From assembly GCF_964204865.1 (NCBI RefSeq), contig NC_135254.1:21382199-21446198 (forward strand): a DNA stretch of 64,000 bases. Reading direction: 5' to 3'. The notes below the pieces were generated by a model. The model ran no database searches, was not told the origin of the DNA, and saw nothing but the letters and a program-made list of their open reading frames with translations. Of the stretch, positions 1 through 11,185 are shown piece by piece. The first letter of the stretch is position 1, and the number at the start of each line of letters is the position of its first letter. Position numbers and translations under genes: made by a program. The DNA comes from Styela clava. Lineage: Eukaryota.

Positions 1-596
1 CGGTATTTATCACAGCATACATTGATTTCAATAATTGCATAGGACAAGCATATGGTGTTGCTGCGTTGAAGCTGTTTCATACTTCGGCTTTTTGCAGAGG
101 CTGTGTATACACTTTGTAACATCTTCGCATCGGTGGTGGATTCTGCTGAATCACAAACCTATGATACGCCACGAGTCAGAGACAAATTGGCGTAATGGCG
201 CATTGTAAAAACTATTATATATACATGAAATTGACTTTAGTTTCATGAAAAAAAGGGTTTGCGATCATAGATTACGAAAATCTGTCTATTGTGCTTAATC
301 TTTCGTGCCACCTACATTTTCATTCAAGTCTTTGAATGGCCTTTTCAGGGTAACTTGAAATAGCTCATGTAAAAGAGACTCGGGGAGATGACCGACAAAG
401 GGTGAATGGTATCGATGAGTATCAAGTTTATGTACCTGATCACAGGATGCAAATATTTTTTATTTATTAAGGCAACAGACTTTTTCTAAGCTTCTCTTCC
501 ATAACGAATGACTTCAGCGATGAAAATGCGATGGGTAAATACCTTGGATAACTTCGATAGCGAAGTAACTATGTATTGTAGAGAACTTCTTTAAGG

Positions 597-1069
597 CAGG
601 GTTTCCCAAACTGGGGTCCGTGATGACTGCACAGGGGTCCGCAATGATATGAAGAGTCTGATCGGTCTTTAATGATTGATTTCAATCAAAATGATATTGC
701 ATCTTTTTGGCTGAGCATTGCGGATGGATATACATTGCTGTCAGAAAAGGCAATTAAAATTTTATTGCCTTTTGCAATGACCTACATGTGTGAGGCAGCA
801 TTTTCAGCTCTTACCAACATCATGACAAAATACAGGTCGAGACCTTCCATAGAGTCGGACCTACGCTTGTCACAGATTGCCCCGTGAATTAAGAAATTGT
901 GCAGTGAAAAGCAACCCCCTCCATCACATCAATGTCGTATGTGTTGTACATGCAATATTGTCCTTCCTCGTTGGTTAAGCACAGAAATTGATACGGCATA
1001 TAATAGGGGTCCGTCAAAACTATGATTCACAAACAGGGGTCCGCGTCCCAAAAAGTATGGAAAACCCCG
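597..1069. mobile_element. internally deleted hAT-superfamily element (MITE-like) retaining a transposase dimerisation-domain fragment
   Basis: Terminal inverted repeats run CAGGGTTTCCCAAACTGGGGTCCG at 597 and the inverted copy ...GGAAAACCCCG at about 1069. Subterminal GGGGTCCG repeats lie near both ends. The internal ORF 672..887 has the hAT C-terminal dimerisation signature (LLPF..TY.CE..FS.L..I..K.R.R...E.DLRL.LS.I.P). Confidence 0.55.
672..887 (+). pseudogene. hAT transposase C-terminal dimerisation domain remnant (71 aa)
   Basis: The ORF translation matches the conserved hAT family dimerisation motif. The N-terminal transposase part is missing, so it is not an intact gene. Confidence 0.5.
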
Positions 1070-2203
1070 CTTCAAAGGTATTGTTAGATATCAGTGGCCG
1101 CTTTTGTGTGGCTTTGTTTGGAACAAAGGCACGAGTAAGCGTCGTATTACGTCTTTAAAAAAATGGACTGGCTACGGTCTTGTCAAAATCACGCTGATCC
1201 ATCAATCTGATTGTCAAAAGTCACAGTATTGATAAACTAACCCTGTGATTAGGATTTGTTTGAATTAATCGGGTTAAAGATATTGACGAGTTCAAATATT
1301 GCAATGGAGAGGATAACAGAAAATAGAGGTTCTCAGATAGTTATGGTCACTTTAGGCTTAAGGCACCAGAGGATCATAGTGACCACTGACCAGTCACAGT
1401 AGAAATTAACATGACAATAAATCGAATTCAAATGCGAATAAGCACTTGCGTGCATGTGCGTGGAGTCTGACTTTCTGAGAATCTAATTTTTAATTGCTTG
1501 CTTACGCCATGCCGATGATCAGGACAATGGCTGATCCCGTTTGGGTAATTAATACAGTATATTATTTTACATTTATTTTCCTTTCTATATATCTGATGAA
1601 TTTATACAGTGCATTAAGTTGCATCGTTGGTTGTGGATTTTAAGAAACATGCTTATAACTGTAATGTTTTGCTTTTACAAACCACTCATGAAACATATTC
1701 GTTAATATTTTGTTTTGCTTTTTTTCTTATAATATTTTTTGAAGTGTTTTGGTGTTTCATTAAATTTTTGTGCTCACTGACCTGAATCAGCGAGCTTTTA
1801 AGGTGTCGCTGCCTGAAGACCTTATGAGGTCCCTCGCGACTCCTGTCACACAACTTAAGTTAAGTTCATATTGTGTTTGAAACGTTTTTTTCCTATGATA
1901 TGTTTATTTTGTGCTGACGAATAAAATGATTATTGATTGATTGCCGGGCAGTACACATCTTTGCTTATTCCTTACCCAGTCCCTTGTTTTTGTTATTTTA
2001 AATATATACAGTATATGCAGTGGTGGGATTCAGCCGGTTCGCACCGGTTCTATAGAACCGTCTCACGGAATTTTATGAGATCAGCGAACCGGTAAGCATT
2101 ACTGGTTACTGTCAATGTTCTGTTTGTGACAGAACCGGCTGAAAAATATGACTTTTGTGAAGGAACCGGCTGACGAAAAATTTGATTTTCACCACGGAGT
2201 ATA

Positions 2204-2222
2204 TATATATATATATATTTTG
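2204..2222. repeat. (TA)n microsatellite
   Basis: A tatatatatatatatat run is visible in the sequence. Confidence 0.8.
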
Positions 2223-4689
2223 GGATGAATGTTATTGCATTTTGTCCTATCCCTGTTTAACAAGCTGCCATACCGCAACGAAGTACGTCGCACGAAGCTC
2301 CGCTCCCTTTCCACGTGGATGTGATTGATGCTACTTGGTTAAGGACCACTGATATATATACACTCTTTTGAAGGAATAAATCTTTACTAGCCAACATCTC
2401 AGAAGAAACCTTGGCATTAGTTAGGGCCCACGTCCCTCTTTTAATCCTCTCCTCAATCCTTTAGATGTGCTAAAACATAACAAACTTCCTTATGTCTCCA
2501 ACATTTTTATAGCTCTACCATTTATACCTCTATCATATTGATATCATTTATGTAAGTATCAGACGCCGCTTGAAATAAACATGCACGATTTTTTACACAC
2601 AAAATTATACAATTGCAAGCAATTAAATACTGAACCAATATGTGCAAAATAAAAAGAATAATAAAATGTTTTTTAATAAAAACTACTGTCGATTTCAATA
2701 CATCATGGTTACGTTGTGCGATTATATATCTGAAATTATATATCTGAAATTTGTCTTAGAATTATCATTCACAATCTGCAACACCTTGTCACAGATATGT
2801 TTTTGATTTTCTCCGATTCAGTTCACGACTAATATTACTTGTCTGTAAAAACTTCTATATATAGATGTTAAGACAATTATACTATTTACGATTATTTCGC
2901 ATATATTTTTAAAGTATTTCATAACAAGAGTGTGTTATGTACATTGGAGATCTAAAAAAATTACTCCAGTTTAATATGTAGCTTAATTGTCATTGAACTT
3001 TCTGTACATCAAAATATTTTTCAAAGTGTAACCAATTAAACAGTACGGACAGATTTTGTTTTTGTCTTTGGCGTTGTTGCCTTGCACAACACCGAAACCA
3101 ATCCAATAAATGCGAAGAGTACCAAAACTCCACCTCCAATATATAGCCATCCATACTGGTTGAAATCCAAATGCGTTGATTCTGGGTTCACATCTGTACA
3201 TCCTTCATCCGATGGTGACCACCAACAGCGGAAAACCGGAATACTTTCTGTTTTCTCTTCCATGCTTTTTGCTTTCTGAAAAAAACTTGAGTGAGGTAAC
3301 AAAAATGTCATCTAGGTATTATCTTATAAATAAATAAATAAAAAAAACACGGCATAGCTTTACACAACATGAAAAGGTGGTTATGCGATACGGAAAAGAA
3401 TGCGGTGGAGCTCCGTGCTCAAACTCTATAGCAAGTATTTCCTGATTCCAAGTCACAAAGTTTGTAGGTTATCGCCATCATTTCGATCAATAATGTATTC
3501 ATTGGAGCTCCTATCAAGACGCGTACAAGATGGCATGAGTTCCCATCGTTAATATATGTGTATTATATACACAACTGCTGAAACTGATAATACACCGTAA
3601 AACTAATACTGTCTTTAAAACATCGAATTCATGTTGTAATTCAGATGGACAGATTTTAAAATTTCAACAACAGAAGCTATGAAGCAAACTCGAAAGAAGA
3701 AGTTTTATGGTATGTCTCACTGCACTAAGGTGCTTGTTATATCTGTTGAATATGTTCAATGATAACCGATGACTGATGAATATTCGTAATCTGTACCATA
3801 ACGTACCTTGTGACTTTTGTCTGTTAAATATTCCAGTAGTTGAATAAAAACAGTTGACACTCAACCTCTCGTTTATGTCTGCTATAGCGACTCTATTACA
3901 ATTACTCAACAATTTTTCCAGTCGAAATAACGTAGATATATCGACATGGTTGAAGTAGCGTCGCTTAATTTTCCCTGTTAATATTTAATCTTGGGTGCTA
4001 TATAAATAAACCGTGATAACATTTTGAGACACATTCCTCTGGGCGTGGTCTGTCGTTTTGCGTATGAATTCTAGTGAGCAAGGTGGCGAGCACTAAAAGT
4101 CATTTTAGCATTCGTTTATTGAAAATGACACAACCGCGACTGTACCAAACTCGAAGACAATATTGGATACTCATGCGAGGGCGAATTTTGAATGTAACAC
4201 TCGGCAAACACTGTATTAATATTATGCCACATTTGAACTTTTAATGGCTTGTATACGTCACAATCTCTTGTGGTATGACGAACGGTTTCTTCTATTGCAG
4301 ACAGTAATGCTTGGCGGTATAGGGGACTATTACCCTATCTGCGTATCCACACTCCCGTGTTATTGAACACACGTTAACAGAGTGCAACTCCGATCTGAAC
4401 TCTTCAGAAGTTAATGAGCACACAATAGATTGAATGCCAAATGTTTTTATTTTGTAAAGATGCACAATCCAACTGATCCAAATAACAGACAAGAGAGCTA
4501 CGCACAAATATATGGACACGTTAGACCAGAGCGAATCAGTCCTTACCGGTAGCTTTGACGCTACCGGTACCCTCAAAAAAGTTCTGGATTTCTAGTAGCA
4601 AGAATTTTGCAGAATCAAAACGTACAGCCAGTCATGACACTGACTAAAATCCGTGTTCCCATGGATAAAAAATAATACAGCAAAATTTT

Positions 4690-4830
4690 AGACGAAATAT
4701 CAAATTTCATAGAATTCAAAATTTTGAAATAAATAAAAGTAATAGCCTTCTAGCGAAAAAATTAATCTTTAACCACACTGAAAATTTGAAAGCAATTGGT
4801 CCAGTATTCGAAGAGAGAAGCGACTTGAGA
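4690..4830 (-). repeat. repeat family R1 copy (inverted, partial)
   Basis: Reverse complement of the start of 14100..14560. Confidence 0.55.
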
Positions 4831-5344
4831 GAGAGAAACGTGTCAAAGAACAAGTACAACAACATAATATTGAAACGATCGTTATGTCCACTTCGTGTCC
4901 AATAACGAATTACACTTAAAACCTATTAATGCAGTGGCGGCGCGTGGTGATTTTGACAACCGGGCAAGCTACTGCGGGACCAAGTCACCCCCAACTACGG
5001 GGACAGGATGAGCGCTGTAAGTTCTCCCATCATTTTATGAGTATAAAAACCATTCCATCGGTAACAACCAATCGGCAAAAGCGACAATTTTTAATGATAA
5101 GAAAGTGTCTTTATAACCGGTCCAAGTCAAGGGATTAATAAATGTAGACATAGTTTATTTTGAAACCTCTTTCAAAAGGAAAGGCAATATTTACCCAGAT
5201 AAATACAATGACATATTAACAGAAACTTCGGGAAAGCAGACAAAACCTAAAATAAGGTTTAAAACGTTACTATGAAAAAAGGAAAGTTAATGCAAAGATA
5301 AGGACATGCGTCGCTCACTCATAGATATATATGCTGCTAGACTT

Positions 5345-6229
5345 CTACTGCTTGAACATATATGCAACACGCCGCGGTTTCTTGGAAGCAAAATGCTCAA
5401 TAACGCGCTTATTAAAGTCATGCATCCCAGAAATAACGTCTCTGTGAATGGATAAAACAGCCAAGGAATTTAATCTATCTTGCTTCATTGTGTTTCTGAG
5501 ATGCGTTTTAATACGCTTCAGCGTGCTGAATGTTCGCTTTGCGTCGGCGGAAGAAATAGGCGTCGTCAAAATGATGTCCAGAAATTTTGCAGACGCCGCA
5601 AAGGTAGTTACTAGAGTGTTATCTATGAGGAACCCATAGAGCGCGCAAGTTGATGTGATGTTCAAAAAAGTTTGATTGGTGTGTATACATCGCAATTCAT
5701 TTTCCAATTTACCCACGTTTATCATGGGGTAAAATTTGGAGACAGTAGCCAACAAATGGATGGGAAATTGACGTGCAAATTTTGGAAAATTTTTGAGGTT
5801 CATCAAAGAAAACGCGGCAAGGTGTTCAGTGCGCAGACGATCGCCTATTTGATTCACCAGAATGTCACAGCATTCCTTTGCAGACAAAATCAAACGCTGC
5901 GTTGTTTGCCCGCGGCGTAAAGAAGCACTCCATGTGTCGTCGTATTTTATTGTTTCCCGGATACGAGATATAGCATCGCAGAAGTCTGATATACACGACT
6001 GCACAGACGCTCCATCCATTAGCCTTGACTGCAATGCGCCGTATAATACATCCACGTGATAGAATATTGTGGAGAAAAAAGCGAGAAAAAATGAAAACTC
6101 ACCATCTTCTAGCAGACGCTTTAGACCTGCCGCCTCCCCTACAGAGCGTTCGTCCCAAACCGGAGAGCTCTGAATGCCATTGAAACACTCAATGAGCTCA
6201 GACCTAATTTCGGATACGCCCTGCACCAC
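5345..6229 (-). pseudogene. hAT transposase C-terminal half (hAT dimerisation domain; ...LKRIKTHLRNTMKQDRLNSLAVLSIHRD... motif)
   Basis: The family signature of the hAT C-terminal domain is present. The frame is disrupted relative to the upstream ORF 6300..7253, and further frameshifts occur upstream of 7253. Confidence 0.6.
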
Positions 6230-6299
6230 GCGTGATTGGAAGTTCCAACGTGTTGGTGCACAAGCTGGGAGACGGCGGCTACATATCTGGCGAAGGAGG

Positions 6300-7253
6300 T
6301 CAGAGCGCTTCGGCGAAACGGAAAAAAAAATGAAGAAAACCCCGAAACATTTGCAAAAAATATACGGACGAGAGGGGTATCAAGACACATATTTTAATAA
6401 CGAGGTTAAATTGGTGTGCATAACAATGTAAAAAATGCGCATGAGGAAAATCTTTTTTTATACAAACTTGAACACCATGTTTCGACCCACTCATGACTGC
6501 CGCGCCGTCATAAGTTTGAGCTATCAATTTTGACTTCGCGTTGTAAGGCTGTAACACTTCTTTCAGTACAGCCGATATCCCGCAAGTCGTGCGATCAACG
6601 ATTGGTACAAAGCTGTGAAATCTCTCGGTAGGTTTACCATCTTTCACAAACCGAAAAATCACAACCAGTTGGGAAACGCACGTGATGTCAGTTGTCTCGT
6701 CAGACTGAATCGAAAGGAACTGGCAATTCTCAATTTCCAGAGCCAAATGTTGTAAATAAATTTTATACATTGAGTCGAGCAAATCATTTTGGATATCCTT
6801 AGATGTCCCTTCCGAAACAGTTGCGGCATCAAGATGATCTCTCAATACTGTATCTAGGGATGCGGTGTATTCCACCATATCCAAAAATACCCCTCTATTA
6901 GAAGAGCCAGCCCGTTCATCGTGCCCACGGAGGGACAGCTCGTGACAACCAATGAACTTCAAAACATCTATCAATCGACCGAGAACATGGCGGTCTTTCT
7001 CGACGTTTTGATTGTGCCGACGAATAGAAACCGCGCGTCCTTCATCCAACTGTGCTGCAAAATTAACATTTCCGAATGTTCGGTATTTTACTGCATTGTC
7101 CGGTTGCTCCATAGAAGATTGATGATCCCTGGCACGCTCGGAAAGATGTTTAAGATCTCTAAAACCAAATTTACACCAACGTGAGTCACGGGCGGTAGCA
7201 AAAAGTAGGCAATAAAAACAAAAAAGTGCATTTTTGTCCTCGCTGTAACACAA
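6300..7253 (-). pseudogene. hAT transposase N-terminal/middle part (TTF-type / ZMYM1-like zinc finger and DUF4371-like region)
   Basis: A Cys/His-rich segment (CYSEDKNALFCFYCLLF...HLSE..RDH) is followed by a region typical of ZMYM1-like hAT transposases. It lies immediately upstream of ORF 5345..6229 on the same strand but out of frame. Confidence 0.5.
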
Positions 7254-8652
7254 CCATTCGTGTTTTTTATACCAAGTTTCTGCGCAGAATGTACGCCGAC
7301 GCTTTCCTCCGTCATGGGATTGTTCCAGTGAACAATTTTTTGGTTGATAAGGCCCAAGACGTTGTGCCTCTAATTTTTGTTCGGAGTGCGAAGTAGTGCA
7401 TCAACCTTATTCATTATGAGGTCTAAGGCTAAGAAATGCGAAGCCGGAAAGAAGTGAGGAGCTCAAAAGGAATGTGGAAAATCGAAAGCAAATGGACTAA
7501 AGGTCTCTAACTGATTCAAATAGCGAAACAAGCGACAAAAACGAAGGCGAGGAAACTATCAACTCTTCAAGCAACCAACGAACGAGAAGGAATGCGTGAA
7601 TATGTCAACACGTTGTTGTAAGAAACGTCGGCATTGTGTCGTCATAATTTCGGGGCTAGCCCCGATGATTTAGTAAAAGAAACAGAAAACAAACGAGACA
7701 AACGCGGCGAGTGGAAGATAAAAGAGAGAATACGATATACAATGAGCAAACCGGGGCAAATTCGGCGTCGCCCCGTCGACGTTCGGCGAAGGCTTTGCGA
7801 GCGAAAAATGAACCATGTCGGGAGAATATGGCTAGTGTAGACAGTCTGTGCAACCGATATTGAGGTATTTTTCGAATATTTTTTATTATACCGAAAAAAC
7901 AACCGGGGCATTGCCCTGGTTGGCCCTATTGACGCGCCGCCACTGCGAGTTTAAGTATAATATAATTAGCTTAGGGGATTGATACTGAGGTAGGTATTGT
8001 AATTTATTGGTTACGAAGGGTTAGAACAAGGATAAAGTAATGGGAGATGTTTTTTCATAGGATCTTTTGAGATTAATGCGGAAGATTCATCAGAGTCAGT
8101 CTTTGTAAACTTGTTCACATATTTCACGTTATTCGATGATTGTGACGTATTCTGAAAAACGATCTGCGAGTAAATGTTTAAAAGATATATGCATATATGG
8201 ATATATGTTGACCTATTAATTATTAGGAGATAAATGAAATTGTTAAATTGATTTTAGGAGGTATTGACCATTAAATTCTTATCACTTTTTATTGGTGTTT
8301 GAAGGATCCAAAAGCAATTTCTGTTAGAGACACAATAGTCACACCATGCAAAAACACTCAACTTTGATCATATCACACTATCTACACTTTGGTCAACAAG
8401 TCAACTCCACAGCAATAGCTTACCTAAACATAAAGTGCATGCCTACATTAAAAGGTAGAAAACCACATCAAATTAAAATCACCAACACAAAATTAAACCC
8501 CTCATGCAGAAAACAAGAGCCATACACGTGTAATAAGAATGATCCCACACAAAGAAAAGAAGCATGACCATGCAATTGTCAGAAACTGAACAGCTATTCA
8601 TAAAAAACACTATCCAAGTATGTCAGTTACCATCTGACAAAGCAAACAACAT

Positions 8653-8677
8653 ATATATATATATATATACACAGTGA
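8653..8677. repeat. (AT)n microsatellite
   Basis: An atatatatatatatatata run. Confidence 0.8.
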
Positions 8678-9339
8678 TAAGAATGCCTTCACCAGATTGC
8701 GATTGGAACAAAACTAATTACAATTTGAAGCAGGTATAAAAGAGCTACACATCACACCTAGTCACAGTAGTAACTAGCTGCAGGAACTATAACAGGATTT
8801 CTATAGCTGTTCATAGCTGACAAAAAAAACAAAGTGCAAGTGAGGAGTGCCCCGACTTTTTGTCATGGATCGTCAAAAAGATATTCATTTTCTTTAAAGT
8901 TTGATTGCTTCGAAACTATTAACACGTATGGTATCAGTGAGTTTTTGAAACAGTAATTTTTAATATTTGGAGACTAGATAAGACTTGACTTGGTTTTGAA
9001 AAGATTTTTTAGACTTCAATGTTTCAAATTTGAGGGAGGTGAGTTCCAAAGTTTGGAACCGAGTTCCAAAGCTTATAAAAAACTCTTTATGAACATCAAA
9101 TATTGGCAGTATATTTTGTACCAAACTAACAAAATTTCACGCCAAAACTCACATACATGCAGAAAAATGACTGTTAGATTAGGGTCAATTTTATTAATTT
9201 TGACAAAATGTATTTCAAAATGGAAAATACATTCTGAATGCACGATAAAATTTCCTTCCATTTGAAATGTCTCACAACGTGCTACCTATAATTGGTAAAA
9301 AGTTACAAGCGTGCCAAATAGCCAGTATTTAGACTTATT

Positions 9340-10953
9340 TTATTGTTCTACCAATACGGCGCCGCTAACCTTCAGGGTGAGCGAGTAACTTCGCTCAGAG
9401 CCGTCAGAGTTCAAAGAGTTGAAACACAGGGAATGCTGGCTCACAGATTTACTCATGAAGGGTAGGAACAAATCGGAGCTACTTATTCGGTTGGAGGTAT
9501 TTTTGATAAGTATGTCGTCGAAGCAGTTTGGTAGTGCGTTATTATGAAAATCATAAGCTAATGACAATACTTCAAATTTCATCAGATCTTCAACCTTAAG
9601 TATATTTAGTGATTTGAAGTAATGGTCTACAGTCTACACTTTCATATTTTTTTTTCTTGAAGACAATTCTTAAAAATTATTACTATTAAGTACTTTGCAA
9701 TTTTGAGACTCGTGTTTTGTTTCCATGGAGCCAAACTGAGCAACAGTATCGGATGTGGCTGAGTAATAATGATTGAAACATTGCTAGTAAAGCCGATTGA
9801 TTGACACACTGGGAAACCTTGGCAGCAATTGCCAAATTTCTTTTTGTTTTACCAATAACATGTGTGATTTGTGATTTCCAAGATAGTTTTTTATCAAAGA
9901 TAACTTTCAAGAATTTTATTTCACTCACTCTTTCAATTTCTTTGCCATTGAGTGATAAAGATTTTGAGCAATTCAAATTTCTATGCTGATTAGGATGGAA
10001 TAGACAAATTTAGTCTTGTTGGCATTAAGAGATAGTTTATTAACCAGCATCCAACTGTGAATGTTGGCTAGTTCTCGGTTTGCAACAGCGAATAGATCTT
10101 CCAGATTTTTCCCACAGAGAATCAAGTCTGTGTCATCAGCAAACATGATTGACACAGATGAGTCCAGACACCTAGGCATGTCGTTTATATAAGCTAGGAA
10201 GAATAATGGGCCAATTAAAGATCCTTGGGAAACTCCGTGCTTCATGACACAAATATTAGTAGGGAATGAATTGTCATAGTGTACGACTTGCTTTCTGTAA
10301 TGCAGGTAGCTCCGGATCCAATTGAGTGGAATCCCTCTTATTCCATTTTGATACAGCTTACTTAGAAGGATAGAATGGTCTATGGTGTCAAAAGCCTTAG
10401 AAATATCAAGAAATATTCTAATAGCATGTTGCTTTTTTTCAAACGTCTTTATTAATATATGTACCAAGACAAGAGCAGCCATAGCAGTGGAGTGTTGCTT
10501 ACGGAAACCAAACTGATGCGAATACAAAATATTAGTGCTTTCAAAATAATTTGACATTCTACTATAAATTATTTTTTCAAGGATTTTGGAAAACTACATA
10601 AGAAGACTGATAGGCCTATAGTTTCCATAATCAGAAACATTACCCTTTTTAAAAACAGGGAGAATTTTGGCTGCCTTGAAGCTTTCAATGAATAGTCCAG
10701 TGGATAGTGAGAGGTTAAATATATATGTCGGGATATCAATAATATGTTCTAGAATATATTTCAAAATTTTGAATGGAATACCATCAATTCCAAAGCTGGA
10801 CTTTGGCTTCAATTCGTTTATGATGTTTTTAATTTCTAATGATGTGATTGGCCTTAAAAACATAGATGAGCATTCTTGCTCCCCAAGATATAATAAGTGA
10901 TTTTTATCACAGTCTACAGGTTGCGGCATATTGCCAAGCAAGCTTTGTGCCAC
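9340..10953 (-). mobile_element. non-LTR retrotransposon (LINE) reverse-transcriptase fragment, frameshifted and truncated
   Basis: Three consecutive minus-strand ORFs cover this span. 10594..10953 carries the NYRPISLL motif of RT domains 0/1. 9973..10557 carries FGFRK.HST, ..LD.SKAFD.. and the FADDT (YXDD-type) RT catalytic motif. 9686..9976 carries the RT thumb/C-terminal part. Confidence 0.75.
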
Positions 10954-10979
10954 TTGGGAAAAGTGTTCATTATTTTTAT

Positions 10980-11185
10980 TTTCGGAGCTATTTTAAGAGT
11001 TCTTTTGCGAGTTGGCGCCTGTAAAATGGGATATGTGATTCAAACCATCCTTATGATTCATCGCATACTACATCTGTTTTTTAAATCTACCGGTAAAGAA
11101 TTTAGCCTAGTCTATCACAGCTATTTCTACTCTAATTTTTTGTTACTGCAATCAAATTAAAACTCGGACCTTTCCCCGACATCAG
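10980..11185 (+). repeat. unclassified interspersed repeat (family R2)
   Basis: About 80% similar to 57975..58200 (+) and, in reverse, to 13880..14100. The shared core is GCC(T/C)AGTCTATCACAGCTATTTCTAC(T/A)CTAA. Confidence 0.5.

Larger units (their letters stand above)
4931..7946 (-). mobile_element. hAT-superfamily DNA transposon (about 3 kb) with degraded transposase
   Basis: A 14-15 bp perfect terminal inverted repeat GCAGTGGCGGCGCGT sits at 4931 and its inverse ACGCGCCGCCACTGC at 7932-7946. It encloses two consecutive minus-strand ORFs with hAT transposase hallmarks. No conserved TSD is recognisable, so this is an older insertion. Confidence 0.6.
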
